DNA from: an uncultured Acidimicrobiales bacterium
Lineage (GTDB): Bacteria > Actinomycetota > Acidimicrobiia > Acidimicrobiales > Aldehydirespiratoraceae
DNA length: 64,000 nt
Assembly (NCBI GenBank): GCA_951812975.1
Contig: CATOTC010000005.1
Span: 99,572-163,571, forward strand
Direction of reading: 5' to 3'
Shown here in pieces: positions 44,040-54,466 of this stretch (its first letter is position 1; each line of letters begins with the position of its first letter). Position numbers and translations under genes: made by a program. The notes beneath the pieces were generated by a model. It was given only the letters and a program-made list of their open reading frames with translations. It had not been told where the DNA came from and searched no databases.

Positions 44040-45023
44040 TCAGCCCCCGATTTCCGACATTGAGCGGCGCGGACGGATGAAATGCACTTGATTGATGCTG
44101 TGACCGGCCCACTTGGACGACACGGACCGTTGCAGTGCCTCGGCGATCTCGTCGTCGCCCGCGCCGTTGCGCAACAACGCTCGAACGTCGGTCTCCTCGG
44201 TAGCGAACAGGCAGTTGCGGAACTGCCCGTCCGCAGTGATTCGAACCCGGTCACACGAATCGCAGAACGACTGGCTCACGCTCGCGACGATCCCGATCTC
44301 GCCACGGCCGTCTGCATAGCGCCAGCGGGAGGCCGGCGCAGAGGTCCGGGCGATCGGCACCAGCTCGAACTCGGCGGAGAGACTCGCGAGGATCTCGGCC
44401 TGGGTCATCACCTGGTCGTTGCTCCAGCCTTCGTCGGCGTCGAGAGGCATGAACTCGATGAAACGCACCACCAGAGACCGGTCGCGCCCGAAATGGGCGA
44501 AGTCGACGATCTCGTCGTCGTTGACGCCCTTCATCACGACAACGTTGATCTTCACAGGGTCGAAACCTGCTTGCAGCGCAGCTTCGACGCCTTTGAGCAC
44601 CCGGGGAAGGTCATCGCGTCGGGTGAGTTCGGTGAAACGATCCGTCTTCAACGAATCCAAGGAGATGTTGATTCTCTTGAGACCCGCCGAGCGCAGCTCG
44701 TCGGCCAGAAGCGGCAGCGTGACCCCGTTGGTCGTCATCGCCAGATCAACGTTGAGAGCCGAGAGCTTGGCGACGAGGACCGACAGCTTGGCACGCACCG
44801 TGGGCTCTCCGCCCGTCAAGCGGATGGCGTTCACCCCGAAACGCTCAACCATTATCCGGGCCAAACGTTCGATCTCCTCGAAAGAGAGCAGGTCTTCGCG
44901 GCGCTGCCATTGCATCCCTTCCTGGGGCATGCAGTACGTGCAGCGAAAGTTGCAGCGGTCAGTGACGGAGATCCGCAGGTCGCGATGAACTCGACCGAAA
45001 CCGTCGATCAACTGCGTGGTCAT
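44040..45023 (-). CDS. moaA: GTP 3',8-cyclase (radical SAM)
   Basis: CNFRCTYCMP radical-SAM motif and a C-terminal CDSCDRVRITADG cluster motif. Confidence 0.95.
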   Translation of the reverse strand: MTTQLIDGFGRVHRDLRISVTDRCNFRCTYCMPQEGMQWQRREDLLSFEEIERLARIMVERFGVNAIRLTGGEPTVRAKLSVLVAKLSALNVDLAMTTNGVTLPLLADELRSAGLKRINISLDSLKTDRFTELTRRDDLPRVLKGVEAALQAGFDPVKINVVVMKGVNDDEIVDFAHFGRDRSLVVRFIEFMPLDADEGWSNDQVMTQAEILASLSAEFELVPIARTSAPASRWRYADGRGEIGIVASVSQSFCDSCDRVRITADGQFRNCLFATEETDVRALLRNGAGDDEIAEALQRSVSSKWAGHSINQVHFIRPRRSMSEIGG

Positions 45024-46252
45024 TCCACCACCGTACCCACCGGGATGATCTCCACCTCATCGCCGGCCGCGATCTCCGTACCGTCAGGGATGATCGCCAG
45101 CGCGTCGGCGCGGGCCATTGCCGTCAGCTGGTGCGAACCCTGCCCGCTGAGTTTGCGAATGTGCCAGCGCCCGGTTTCGTCCGGGCCGCCGGTCACTCGC
45201 GCGAAATGGGTCTTGCCGTCGTCGTGGCGACCGAACGGCTCTTCGCTGACGGCTCGCCGGACTGGCCGGTCAATACACTCGTGGCCCGCCATCCTTCTCA
45301 GTGCGGGACGCGCCAGGAGTTCGTAGCTGACCATCGATGAGACAGGGTTGCCTGGAAGCCCGAACACCGGCGTTGTTCCGATCAGCCCGAACGCGAACGG
45401 TTTCGCGGGTTTGATGGCGATCTGCATCCAGCGCATGTCACCGAGGCTGTCCAATACCACTTTCACATAGTCGAAAGCTCCCATCGACACGCCGCCCGAC
45501 GAGAGGATGGCGTCGCAGCGCGCAGCACCGCCGGTGAAGGCTTCGGCAATGTCCGCCTCGTTGTCGCGGGCGATGCCGAGATCGACGGGTTCCATGCCTG
45601 ACTCGTCCAGCATCGTCAGCAGGGTGCGCCGGTTCGAGTCTCTTATCTCTCCGGGTTGAAGCGGTCGTGGATCGTCGACGAGTTCATCCCCGGTCGACAG
45701 GACCCCTACGACCGGTCTGCGGTGAACCCGCACCGCAGACAACCCGACACTGGCCAACACTCCGAGATGGCCGGCGCCGAGAACAGTCCCTGGCGCGAAC
45801 AGTTCATCACCGGGCTTCACGTCCTCGCCCGCCCCGCGCACGTGATTGCCTTCGCCAACCGCAACCTCCACGTCAACCCGTGAATTTTCGGGGTCGTAGC
45901 AGGTCCGCTCCACCATCACCACTGCATCAGCGCCTTCGGGCATCGGTGCTCCGGTCATGATGCGCATAGCCTGACCCGGCTTCAGCGGCCTGGTCGCCGC
46001 AGCACCCGCAGCCACCGTGCCCGTCACTTCGAGGGTGACCGGGGCGTCGGCCGTGTCGGCTGCAACGACAGCGAAACCGTCCATCGCGGTATTGGCGAAC
46101 GGTGGTACAAGTTCGTGGGCGACGACCGGATCTGAGAGGACCAGACCAGCCGCGTCGGTGAGTGCAACCGACACCGCACCAAGGCGGTCGACCCGGTCGA
46201 GAACGTATGAGCGAGCATCCTGCAGCGGGATCACACCTAAAGCGTGCCCCAA
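45020..46252 (-). CDS. moeA: Molybdopterin molybdenumtransferase
   Basis: 410 aa. Contains MDGFAV, LSTGDEL and SGGVSMGAFDYVK. The stop overlaps the moaA start by 4 nt. Confidence 0.9.
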   Translation of the reverse strand: MGHALGVIPLQDARSYVLDRVDRLGAVSVALTDAAGLVLSDPVVAHELVPPFANTAMDGFAVVAADTADAPVTLEVTGTVAAGAAATRPLKPGQAMRIMTGAPMPEGADAVVMVERTCYDPENSRVDVEVAVGEGNHVRGAGEDVKPGDELFAPGTVLGAGHLGVLASVGLSAVRVHRRPVVGVLSTGDELVDDPRPLQPGEIRDSNRRTLLTMLDESGMEPVDLGIARDNEADIAEAFTGGAARCDAILSSGGVSMGAFDYVKVVLDSLGDMRWMQIAIKPAKPFAFGLIGTTPVFGLPGNPVSSMVSYELLARPALRRMAGHECIDRPVRRAVSEEPFGRHDDGKTHFARVTGGPDETGRWHIRKLSGQGSHQLTAMARADALAIIPDGTEIAAGDEVEIIPVGTVVE

Positions 46253-46306
46253 CTACGCAGCAGATGCCACCCCGCCGCGGGGCGCGCTCATGTGCAGCGT
46301 TCCCGT

Positions 46307-46870
46307 CTAGCGCTCCGACAGGAGGCGACGGATGTTGGACTGGTGACGCACCACAAGGATCGCGGCAACCCCGACCGACACCAGGATCTCCCAGGCTGGA
46401 AGACCCGCAATCGTGGCGAGCAGCGGGTACGAGAAGGCGATCGACAGCGATCCCAATGCAGCGACTCTCAGAACCTTCACCACGACCAGGAAGGTGAGCG
46501 CGCACAACAGGCCGATGATCGGGCTGATCATCAGACCCGCACCACCCGCGGTAGCCACGCCCTTGCCGCCGCGGAAACCTCGCAGGACCGGCCAGACATG
46601 CCCCACCACCGCCGCCACCCAGACAGCGTGTGCAGCCGGTCGGCCTGACACCATCAGAGCCAGCGCCGCGGGGGCCGCACCCTTTCCCATGTCAATCAAC
46701 CCCACGATCACGCCGGCTTTGCGGCTTGCGAGACGATAGATGTTGGAAGCGCCCGGATTGCCTGAGCCTTCCCGTGTCGGATCCACGCCCAGCCGCTGGC
46801 CCACGATCGTCGCGGTCGGGAACATTCCTACGACGTAGGCGCCAACCACAAGGGCGACAACTTCGATCAC
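46307..46870 (-). CDS. plsY: Glycerol-3-phosphate acyltransferase PlsY
   Basis: GSGNPGASN motif and a polytopic sequence. GTG start at 46870 (VIEVVALVVGAYVVG). Confidence 0.88.
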   Translation of the reverse strand: MIEVVALVVGAYVVGMFPTATIVGQRLGVDPTREGSGNPGASNIYRLASRKAGVIVGLIDMGKGAAPAALALMVSGRPAAHAVWVAAVVGHVWPVLRGFRGGKGVATAGGAGLMISPIIGLLCALTFLVVVKVLRVAALGSLSIAFSYPLLATIAGLPAWEILVSVGVAAILVVRHQSNIRRLLSER

Positions 46871-46921
46871 CCGACCATCGTATGGTGGCGAGCGCTGTCG
46901 GTACGGGTATCCTCCGTTTTC

Positions 46922-47278
46922 GTGCCCACCTACGACTATCGGTGTCAGCGGACCGGAGAGATGTTCGAAATGTGGCAGTCGTTTCGCGACGAGGCCCTGA
47001 CGCGCTGCACTCAGGTCCACGACAATGAGGACCGGCAGTGTGGCGCGCCTGTCAAGAAGGTTTTCTCCAAGGTGGGAATCTCTTTCAAGGGAGAGGGCTT
47101 CTACAAGAACGACCACGGTGCGAACGCCCGGGCCAGGGAGTCTGCACGGTCCAGATCGGATTCGTCGTCGAACGGATCGAGCACCTCCAAGAGCGATTCG
47201 AGTTCATCGGGCACCGATTCCGGGTCGTCTTCGAACGATTCGAAACCGTCAAACAGCAACGCCTCCAGCGCCGCTTGA
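46922..47278 (+). CDS. FmdB-family zinc-ribbon protein with a Ser-rich tail
   Basis: Contains PTYDYRCQRTGEMFEMWQSF...C...CG...KKVFSKVGISFKGEGFYKND. Confidence 0.85.
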   Translation: MPTYDYRCQRTGEMFEMWQSFRDEALTRCTQVHDNEDRQCGAPVKKVFSKVGISFKGEGFYKNDHGANARARESARSRSDSSSNGSSTSKSDSSSSGTDSGSSSNDSKPSNSNASSAA

Positions 47279-47358
47279 GTTCCCACGCCGGCTTCCCCCG
47301 AAGCTTCCCCTAGACACAGCTTCCCCCAGACACTGTCGAGCCTCGAGGACGGCGAAAC

Positions 47359-47982
47359 ATGTTTGAGTTGGAACGGCCGCCGCTGGAGACGCTGCGGGCC
47401 ACAATCACCAGTGCCCGGGTTGCTGTCCGCCGAAGTCGCTGGCCGAGGCTCGTCTTGACTGCAGCCGTCGGGTTGGGTGTCGGACTGTGGCTCGTCGGAA
47501 TCTACAACAGCGCCACGACCGCTCGCGCCCAGTGGCAGACAGAAATCGACGGCTGGGTCGTCACCAGGGACCTCGAAGCAGGCACCACGCTCGGTACCGA
47601 AGATCTCACCGCCACCCGGCTCCCGACCGCGGGCACGCCTCACGACGCAACCCTCAGCGACCCGATCGGTCTGACCCTGCGAGACTCCATGGCCACCGGC
47701 GAGATCGTTCGCGACGGGCGGTTGACGTCGGTATCGGGGCGGTTGGCCGCGCAACTCGGCGAAGCATCCGGAGCGCTGACTATCGCCACCGACAAGACCC
47801 CCCTGATGCCCGGAGACCTGGTCGACCTGTACGCTCTCATCGACGGCAACCGGTTGGCCACAGACGCCGGCGTGATCGAAGTCGACGAGGGATTCGTGAC
47901 CGTTGCAGTGGCCGACCAACAGATCCGGGCGGTCATCCAATCACTGACCGTCGGCGGTGTGGTGCCGGTGCTCGTCGGCTAG
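47359..47982 (+). CDS. SAF-domain protein with an N-terminal membrane anchor
   Basis: A TM segment (LVLTAAVGLGVGLWLVGI), then VVTRDLEAGTTLGTEDL...GEIVRDGRL, typical of the SAF/CpaB-like N-terminal domain. The FmdB-SAF pair is a conserved actinobacterial arrangement in my recollection. Confidence 0.65.
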   Translation: MFELERPPLETLRATITSARVAVRRSRWPRLVLTAAVGLGVGLWLVGIYNSATTARAQWQTEIDGWVVTRDLEAGTTLGTEDLTATRLPTAGTPHDATLSDPIGLTLRDSMATGEIVRDGRLTSVSGRLAAQLGEASGALTIATDKTPLMPGDLVDLYALIDGNRLATDAGVIEVDEGFVTVAVADQQIRAVIQSLTVGGVVPVLVG

Positions 47983-48117
47983 AGGCCGCGCGAATAGGCA
48001 GGACAACACGGTCAATACGACGCGAGGCCGTGGCCCGAGCGGCCCGTTAGCGCAGCGAGCAAGAGCGAAAAACACAAGATTGCGCGGCGAGGTCCTGCAC
48101 CTACTCGCGCGCGTTCG

Positions 48118-48927
48118 TTAGCGCCAGTTGGTGGCGAGGATGCTCAACACGCCGAGTCCGACGATCACCCTGTACCAGACGAACGGCGTGAAGGAACGGC
48201 TTCGAACCAACCGCAGAGTTCCCCAAACGGCGAGGAAACCAGTTGCCGCTGAGGTTGCCGCGCCCCACAACAACGGCGACCAGAATGACGACGGGACGCC
48301 GCTGTCCCACAGCGCGTACACGCCCGCTCCGGCAATGACCGGAAGGCTCATCAAGAAGACCAGGCGGGCTGCGGCCTCCCGCTTGAAACCGAGCAGACGC
48401 GAAACGCTCAGCGTCGCTCCCGAACGGGAGACCCCCGGTTGCAGCGCCAACGCCTGGCCCAGACCCATCAGCAGCGCGTCGCGGAGGGTGAACTCGTCTT
48501 GGGCGCGCCGTTCCGGCATCCGATCGGCGAGCAGCAACAGCAGGCCGAACACAATCAACATCAAGGCGATGACGGCTATCTGGTCCAGGTCGTTGATCTG
48601 ATCGGCGAGAGCCACTCCGACCAACCCCGCCGGCACCGCAGAAACCACAAGGAACCAGCCGATCCGGCCGTCGTTGGTCAACTGACGGCGCCGCAGCGGA
48701 GCCGACGCGGCAACCGCGTACCGAGCGACATCGGCGCGGAGATAGGCGATCGCACCGACGAGCGTTCCGAGGTGCACCGCAACGTCGAAGGACGTCTCCA
48801 GTTCACCGCTGAGCTGCTCCCATCCGAACAACCAGCGGGTCAGCTCCAGATGCGCGCTCGATGAGATCGGAAAGAACTCGGACAACCCCTGCACAATGCC
48901 GAGGACGATGGCCTGCAGGGTCGACAT
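48118..48927 (-). CDS. uppP: Undecaprenyl-diphosphate phosphatase
   Basis: Contains GLSEFFPISSSAHL and PGVSRSGATL. Confidence 0.93.
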   Translation of the reverse strand: MSTLQAIVLGIVQGLSEFFPISSSAHLELTRWLFGWEQLSGELETSFDVAVHLGTLVGAIAYLRADVARYAVAASAPLRRRQLTNDGRIGWFLVVSAVPAGLVGVALADQINDLDQIAVIALMLIVFGLLLLLADRMPERRAQDEFTLRDALLMGLGQALALQPGVSRSGATLSVSRLLGFKREAAARLVFLMSLPVIAGAGVYALWDSGVPSSFWSPLLWGAATSAATGFLAVWGTLRLVRSRSFTPFVWYRVIVGLGVLSILATNWR

Positions 48928-48939
48928 CGCCTCACCTGC

Positions 48940-50307
48940 TCAGGCGCCCGACATCATCACGTCGGATATCACCAGCGAGACGCCGACAGCGCTCATGGGA
49001 AGCCATTGCAGATCGTTGCCGATCTCGGTGATATCGAGGAGTATCCGTTGCAGAGTCGAGGCGATGGTGATCTCGCGCACCGGTTCGGCCAGAGCACCGT
49101 CACGGATGCGCAGCCCCTCCGCCCCGGTGGAGAAGTCACCGGAGACGGGATTGACCCCCGAGTGCAGTCCCGCCACGCCCTGTACCAGGAGGCCGTCGTC
49201 GATGGCGGCGATCAGCTCCTCGGGGGTTCGGGTTCCTGCACGGAGTGCCAACGCCTGTGACCCGACACCGGGAGCGCCCTTGAATCCGGCACGGACCGCT
49301 GAACCCGTCGAAGAGGTTGCTCCACGCCGGGCGGTGTAGGAGTTGTGGAGGAATCCTTGCAGCACCCCGGAGTCGATCAGCGAAGTCGGGCGGGTGGCCA
49401 GTCCCTCTCCGTCGACCACCGAAGCGGTGAAAGCTTCAATGTTGGTGGCGTCGTCGAGCAGGCAGAAGTCGGTCACTGCGACCTGCTCACCGATCCGGTC
49501 GGCGAAGAATGAGCGGCCCCGCTGCACGGCGTCGCCGCTGAGCGTTCCGCCTATGATCCCGAGCAGTTGGGCTGTCACCCACGGGTCGAGGACCACGGTG
49601 AGCTTGCTTGTCGGCGGTTTGACCGCTCCCAGCAGACGGGTGGCGCGCTCCGCTGCCTGCGAAGCAGCGAAGTCCACGTCAAGGACTGCAGGTCCCCGGC
49701 CGATCGAGTAGCCGAAACCTGTCTGGGTCTCGCCGTCCGCCTCGGCCATTGCATAGGTTGTCAGGTAGCAGCCCGTCTCACGGCTGGCGCTGGCGATCCC
49801 GGTGGATGTGGCGACTGCCGATTCGAAACGAGTGTCGACGTACTCGGCTGACTCGATCCCCGATATTCGCTCGTCGGCTGCAAGGGTGGCACGCTCGAGC
49901 TCAACGGCGAGCGCGACCTTGTCGTCGGTCGAGAAGTCGTTCAGCGACGGGTCGAACAGGTCGAAGTCCACCGGGGCCACCCCGTCGGGTTCGGCCACAC
50001 CATTGAACTCGTCGGGTTCGGCGAAAGCAGCATTGTCACGAGCCTCTTGCAGCGTCTCGGACAGCGCTGAAGAGTCGAGCGTTCCTGCGTAGGCGTACCC
50101 CTGGCGCCGGTCGGCCACGACCCGTACACCTATCCCCTGGCTTCGTGCCGAGGTGAACGATTCGACTGCGCCCTGATAGGCCCGCACCTCAGTCTCGAGT
50201 TCCTCGGCGACGAAGACTTCCACCTGTTCGCCAACATCGGCCCAGCCCGCAACCCGCGTGGCGATGTCTAGCAGTTCAGTGCCGTTCGACCCGTTCGCTG
50301 TGGCCAT
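48940..50307 (-). CDS. pmbA: TldE/PmbA-family metalloprotease component
   Basis: 455 aa, with PmbA_TldD family features (GIGVRV...GSAVR...). It is paired with tldD immediately upstream. Confidence 0.85.
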   Translation of the reverse strand: MATANGSNGTELLDIATRVAGWADVGEQVEVFVAEELETEVRAYQGAVESFTSARSQGIGVRVVADRRQGYAYAGTLDSSALSETLQEARDNAAFAEPDEFNGVAEPDGVAPVDFDLFDPSLNDFSTDDKVALAVELERATLAADERISGIESAEYVDTRFESAVATSTGIASASRETGCYLTTYAMAEADGETQTGFGYSIGRGPAVLDVDFAASQAAERATRLLGAVKPPTSKLTVVLDPWVTAQLLGIIGGTLSGDAVQRGRSFFADRIGEQVAVTDFCLLDDATNIEAFTASVVDGEGLATRPTSLIDSGVLQGFLHNSYTARRGATSSTGSAVRAGFKGAPGVGSQALALRAGTRTPEELIAAIDDGLLVQGVAGLHSGVNPVSGDFSTGAEGLRIRDGALAEPVREITIASTLQRILLDITEIGNDLQWLPMSAVGVSLVISDVMMSGA

Positions 50308-50316
50308 GACTGCGCC

Positions 50317-51708
50317 TCAGGCCGCGATGCCGCCGATGGTGAGGGCCTTCACCCGCAGTGTCGGGGTTCCGTCACCGACCGGTACTCCCTGACCGTCCTT
50401 GCCGCACGTTCCCGGTGACCCCATCGCGAAGTCATTGCCCACCGCGTCGATGAGCTTGAGGACTTCGGGCCCGTTACCGATGAGGTTTCCCTGCCGTATC
50501 GGGTCGGTGATCTCGCCGTTCTCGATCAGGTATGCCTCGGTCATGCCGAATACGAAGTCGCCGGTTGCTGTGTTGACCTGCCCACCACCGAGTTGGGCGA
50601 CGTACACGCCTGAGGGCGTTCCCGAGACGATGTCGTCGGGGTCGGCATCGCCGTTGCTGATGTAGGTGTTGGTCATTCGCACCATCGGCAGGTGCTGGTA
50701 GCTCTGGCGTCGGCCGTTGCCCGAACTCGGTCGGCCCTCTTTGCGCGCCCGCAGGTGGTCCCACATGTAGTCGGTGAGCACTCCACGGTCGATCAGAACG
50801 TTGTGCGCGGCCTGGCGCCCTTCGTCGTCGATTGCGAAATGCCCCCATTCTCCTGCCATGGTGCCGTCGTCGATGAGGGTAACGAGCGGCGTGGCCACCT
50901 CTTCACCGACTCGACCGGCGAAGACGCTCGCCGACTTGGCCACCAGGTCGGCTTCCAGCCCGTGGCCGCACGCTTCGTGGAACAACACTCCGCCGCCGCC
51001 GGGTCCGACCACCACCGGCATCGTTCCCGAGGGCGCAGGGCGGGCGCCCAGCTTGGTGATCGCACGGTTGGCTGCACGCTGCGCCATCTCGGTGACATCG
51101 GTCTCGTCGAACAGCTCGAAGCCGATGGTGCGTCCAACCGACTCGCGTCCGGTCTGCAGGCCTGTGTCTCCTGTCGCCACGCATGAAACTGAGAACAGGG
51201 TGCGGATCTGGTCGTCGGTGGCGAGCAGTCCGTCGCTGTTGGCTACGAGAATCCGCCGGCGGCTGTCTCCGTAGCGGGCCGAGACCTGCGAGATCTGCGA
51301 TCCGACCTCCCGCGCCGCGGCGTCTGCGCGCGCCAGCAGTTCGACTTTGGTGGTCTTGGCAACATCTTCGGGCAGGACCTTGGCGGCAGCGCCAGCCGCG
51401 ACGCCGCTGGCGCCGACCGAGACCGTGCGGGTTCCTCCCCCACCGCCTCTGGCCGCGGCTGCGGCTACCTCGGCAGCGGCGGCGAGCCCGGCTGTAGAGA
51501 GGTCGGCGGTATGCGCGAAACCGGTGGTGTCGCCCACGACCACACGGATGCCGGCACCTCGATCGCGCCCACTGGTCAGTTCCTCGACGCGGCCGTCGTC
51601 GAGCATTGCCGACGACGACTTCTTGTCTTCTACGAACACTTCTGCAAACTCCGCGCCGGTACTCAGCGCCGTGCTGAGGGTGCGGTTGATCAACTCATGG
51701 TCAAGCAC
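50317..51708 (-). CDS. tldD: TldD-family metalloprotease
   Basis: HEACGHGLE zinc motif. GTG start at 51708 (VLDHELINRTL). Confidence 0.88.
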   Translation of the reverse strand: MLDHELINRTLSTALSTGAEFAEVFVEDKKSSSAMLDDGRVEELTSGRDRGAGIRVVVGDTTGFAHTADLSTAGLAAAAEVAAAAARGGGGGTRTVSVGASGVAAGAAAKVLPEDVAKTTKVELLARADAAAREVGSQISQVSARYGDSRRRILVANSDGLLATDDQIRTLFSVSCVATGDTGLQTGRESVGRTIGFELFDETDVTEMAQRAANRAITKLGARPAPSGTMPVVVGPGGGGVLFHEACGHGLEADLVAKSASVFAGRVGEEVATPLVTLIDDGTMAGEWGHFAIDDEGRQAAHNVLIDRGVLTDYMWDHLRARKEGRPSSGNGRRQSYQHLPMVRMTNTYISNGDADPDDIVSGTPSGVYVAQLGGGQVNTATGDFVFGMTEAYLIENGEITDPIRQGNLIGNGPEVLKLIDAVGNDFAMGSPGTCGKDGQGVPVGDGTPTLRVKALTIGGIAA

Positions 51709-51736
51709 GTGGCAACTCCAAGGTCCAGAGGTCGCT

Positions 51737-52591
51737 ATGGTACCGCCAATGCGCGTCGAAGCAGGCCCCGGCAGCAGCGTCGAGACCGACCCCTCTTCAG
51801 GTCCGGTGCTGAAGTGGTGGCTTGAGGCGGCCATGACGCTGGGGTTCTACATCGTCTATTCGTGGATCAGGAACAAGTTCGGCTCCGCGCTCGGCGACAG
51901 TGTCAGGCGCCGGTCCTACGAGAACGCTCTGGACATCATCGGTGTTGAGGAGGCGATGGGGCTCTACATCGAGGAGTGGACGCAGCAGCAGTTCCTCGAC
52001 TGGGAGTGGTTCATTGTGTTCTGGAACGTGTTCTACGGGTCGTTCCATTTCATCGTCACCATCTTCGTGATGGTGTACCTGTTTCTTCGTTTTCCGGCGC
52101 GTTACATCCTGATGCGTTCGATGTTGGCGGTTACCACGGCATCGGCGCTGATCGGCTTCGCCCTGTATCCGCTGATGCCGCCTCGCCTGTTGTCGAACTG
52201 TGCTTCGCAGTACGGGGCCTGCGAGCCGGGTCACAACTATGTCGACACGCTGGTTGATCCTGGCGGCGGCCTGTGGTCTTTCGAGTCCAAGACGTTGGAG
52301 GCGATCTCGAATCAGTACGCGGCTATGCCCAGCCTGCATGTGGCTTGGGCGGTGTGGTGCGTGATCGGCTTGTATCCGGTGCTGAAGCGTCGCTCGACAC
52401 GAGTCGCCATCGCCTCTTATCCCCTGCTGACTCTATTCTCGATCGTGGTCACAGCAAACCACTACTGGATCGACGCCGTCGGAGGGCTTGTGTCGGTCGG
52501 TCTCGGAATGCTCCTGGCCCCGCGCCTCTCACAGTACATGCCGGGTGGGGTCCGCCCGGACCCGGCCACAAGAGCGGCGCCGAATGGCTAA
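51737..52591 (+). CDS. PAP2_C-type membrane protein (inositol-phosphorylceramide/sphingomyelin-synthase-like phosphotransferase)
   Basis: Polytopic, with AAMPSLHVAWAVW and TANHYWIDAVGG motifs. The start is uncertain (ATG 51737, 51749 or 51833). It is divergent from tldD. Confidence 0.65.
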   Translation: MVPPMRVEAGPGSSVETDPSSGPVLKWWLEAAMTLGFYIVYSWIRNKFGSALGDSVRRRSYENALDIIGVEEAMGLYIEEWTQQQFLDWEWFIVFWNVFYGSFHFIVTIFVMVYLFLRFPARYILMRSMLAVTTASALIGFALYPLMPPRLLSNCASQYGACEPGHNYVDTLVDPGGGLWSFESKTLEAISNQYAAMPSLHVAWAVWCVIGLYPVLKRRSTRVAIASYPLLTLFSIVVTANHYWIDAVGGLVSVGLGMLLAPRLSQYMPGGVRPDPATRAAPNG

Positions 52592-52635
52592 GCTTCCGTT
52601 CTCTGAACGCCGCAGACCACCGCTACAGGACAGCT

Positions 52636-54465
52636 ATGCGCCTTGACGCCATCCACGGCCCGATCGACCTGCAGGGCCGCAGCTTCGATGAACTCGATGA
52701 TCTCTGCGAGCAGATCCGCGAGGAGATCATCGCGGCGGTCAACGAGCACAGTGGCCATTTGGGTTCCAATCTCGGCGCGGTGGAACTGACCGTGGCGCTG
52801 CATCGCGTGTTCCGCTCCCCTCACGACGCGATCCTCTGGGACACCGGGCACCAGGCGTACGTCCACAAGATGCTGACAGGACGACTCGAAGGGTTCGGTC
52901 GGCTCCGCAAGGAGGGCGGGCTCTCGGGATACCCGTCACGAGCGGAGTCCGAGCACGACTGGATTGAGAACAGCCATGCCTCGACGGTGCTGTCGTACGC
53001 CCACGGCCTCGCCACCGCGTTCCATGCCAACGATAAGCGCCGGCGGGTGGTGGCTGTCATCGGCGACGGCGCCCTGACCGGCGGCATGGCTTTCGAGGGT
53101 CTCAACAATCTGGGGCACAGCGGGCACGATGTGGTGATCGTGTTGAACGACAACGGCCGCTCCTATGCCCCGACGGTCTCCCGTTTGAGCGAGAGCCTGG
53201 TCAAGATTCGCAGCAACCCGATCTACATGCGTCGACAGGCCAAGGTCGAGGAGATCGCTGAAAGGATCCCCTGGGTGGGTGAGCAGATCAAGCGCGGCGT
53301 GAAGATGTCGAAAGCCGCGATCCGCGAAATGTGGGAGCCGCCCGCCTTCTTCGAGAATCTCGGTGTCCGCTACGTCGGCCCCTTCGACGGTCACGACATC
53401 GAGTCGCTCGAGGAGGCTCTGCACAACGCCGCGGAGTTCGACGGGCCGGTCCTGGTGCATGTGCTGACCCAGAAGGGCCGGGGCTATGGTCCCGCCGAGG
53501 ACGACAACATCAAGAACATGCACGACATAGGGTCTGTGAAGGACGGGTCCTACACCGCGGCGTTCGCTGAGAGTCTGGTGAAGCTCGGCGACCAGCATCC
53601 CGAACTCGTGGCCATTACCGCGGCGATGCCTGACTCCACTGGTCTGTTGCCTTTCCGGGAGCGTTTTCCAGACCGCTGCTTTGATGTCGGTATCGCCGAG
53701 CAGCATGCTGTGACTGCCGCGACAGGTATGGCGATGGGCGGGCTCCGCCCCGTTGTCGCTGTCTATTCAACCTTTCTGAGCAGGGCTTTTGATCAGATCA
53801 ATCTGGATGTCGGCTTGCATGGCCAACCCGTGATCTTCTGTGTGGACCGCGCGGGTGTCACTGGCCCCGACGGCGCATCGCATCACGGGCTGTTGGACAT
53901 GGTGTTGTTCACGAAGGTGCCCGGAATGACTGTGCTGGCACCTTCGAGCTATCAGGAACTTCAGCAGATGATGGACGACGCCATGGATCTGACTGATGGT
54001 CCGGTGGCGATTCGCTGGTCGCGCGGCAAGGCTGCCCATGTGGCCGACCATGAGGTCGGCACGGGCCTCAACGCTCGCAAGACCCGCAGCGGCGACGGAC
54101 GCGTCGCGCTGCTCGGCTTCGGTCAGATGCTCGGTGCGGTGACGGCTGCGGCCGAGGGGCTTGCCGCCAACGGGATCGAGGCCACCGTGTATGACCCTCG
54201 GGTGGTGGTGCCGCTTGATCCGAAGATGATCGACGACATCGCGCAGCACGATGTGGTTGTGACCGTTGAGGACGGGTTGCGCATCGGCGGCGCGGGCGCT
54301 GCGGTTCGCGACACCCTGGGCGACCGCGACACCGGTTGCCGAATCCGGGTCTTGGGTATTCCCGTGGAGTACGTGCCCCACGGCGACCCCAACGACATCC
54401 ACGCCCGCTTCGGTCTAGACGCCGAAGGCATCGCCACCGAAGTCCAGTCCCTACTCAACCCGTAG
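52636..54465 (+). CDS. dxs: 1-deoxy-D-xylulose-5-phosphate synthase
   Basis: Contains GHLGSNLGAVELTVALH, GDGALTGGMAFEGLNN and IAEQHAVT. Start ATG 52636. Confidence 0.95.
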   Translation: MRLDAIHGPIDLQGRSFDELDDLCEQIREEIIAAVNEHSGHLGSNLGAVELTVALHRVFRSPHDAILWDTGHQAYVHKMLTGRLEGFGRLRKEGGLSGYPSRAESEHDWIENSHASTVLSYAHGLATAFHANDKRRRVVAVIGDGALTGGMAFEGLNNLGHSGHDVVIVLNDNGRSYAPTVSRLSESLVKIRSNPIYMRRQAKVEEIAERIPWVGEQIKRGVKMSKAAIREMWEPPAFFENLGVRYVGPFDGHDIESLEEALHNAAEFDGPVLVHVLTQKGRGYGPAEDDNIKNMHDIGSVKDGSYTAAFAESLVKLGDQHPELVAITAAMPDSTGLLPFRERFPDRCFDVGIAEQHAVTAATGMAMGGLRPVVAVYSTFLSRAFDQINLDVGLHGQPVIFCVDRAGVTGPDGASHHGLLDMVLFTKVPGMTVLAPSSYQELQQMMDDAMDLTDGPVAIRWSRGKAAHVADHEVGTGLNARKTRSGDGRVALLGFGQMLGAVTAAAEGLAANGIEATVYDPRVVVPLDPKMIDDIAQHDVVVTVEDGLRIGGAGAAVRDTLGDRDTGCRIRVLGIPVEYVPHGDPNDIHARFGLDAEGIATEVQSLLNP

Positions 54466-54466
54466 C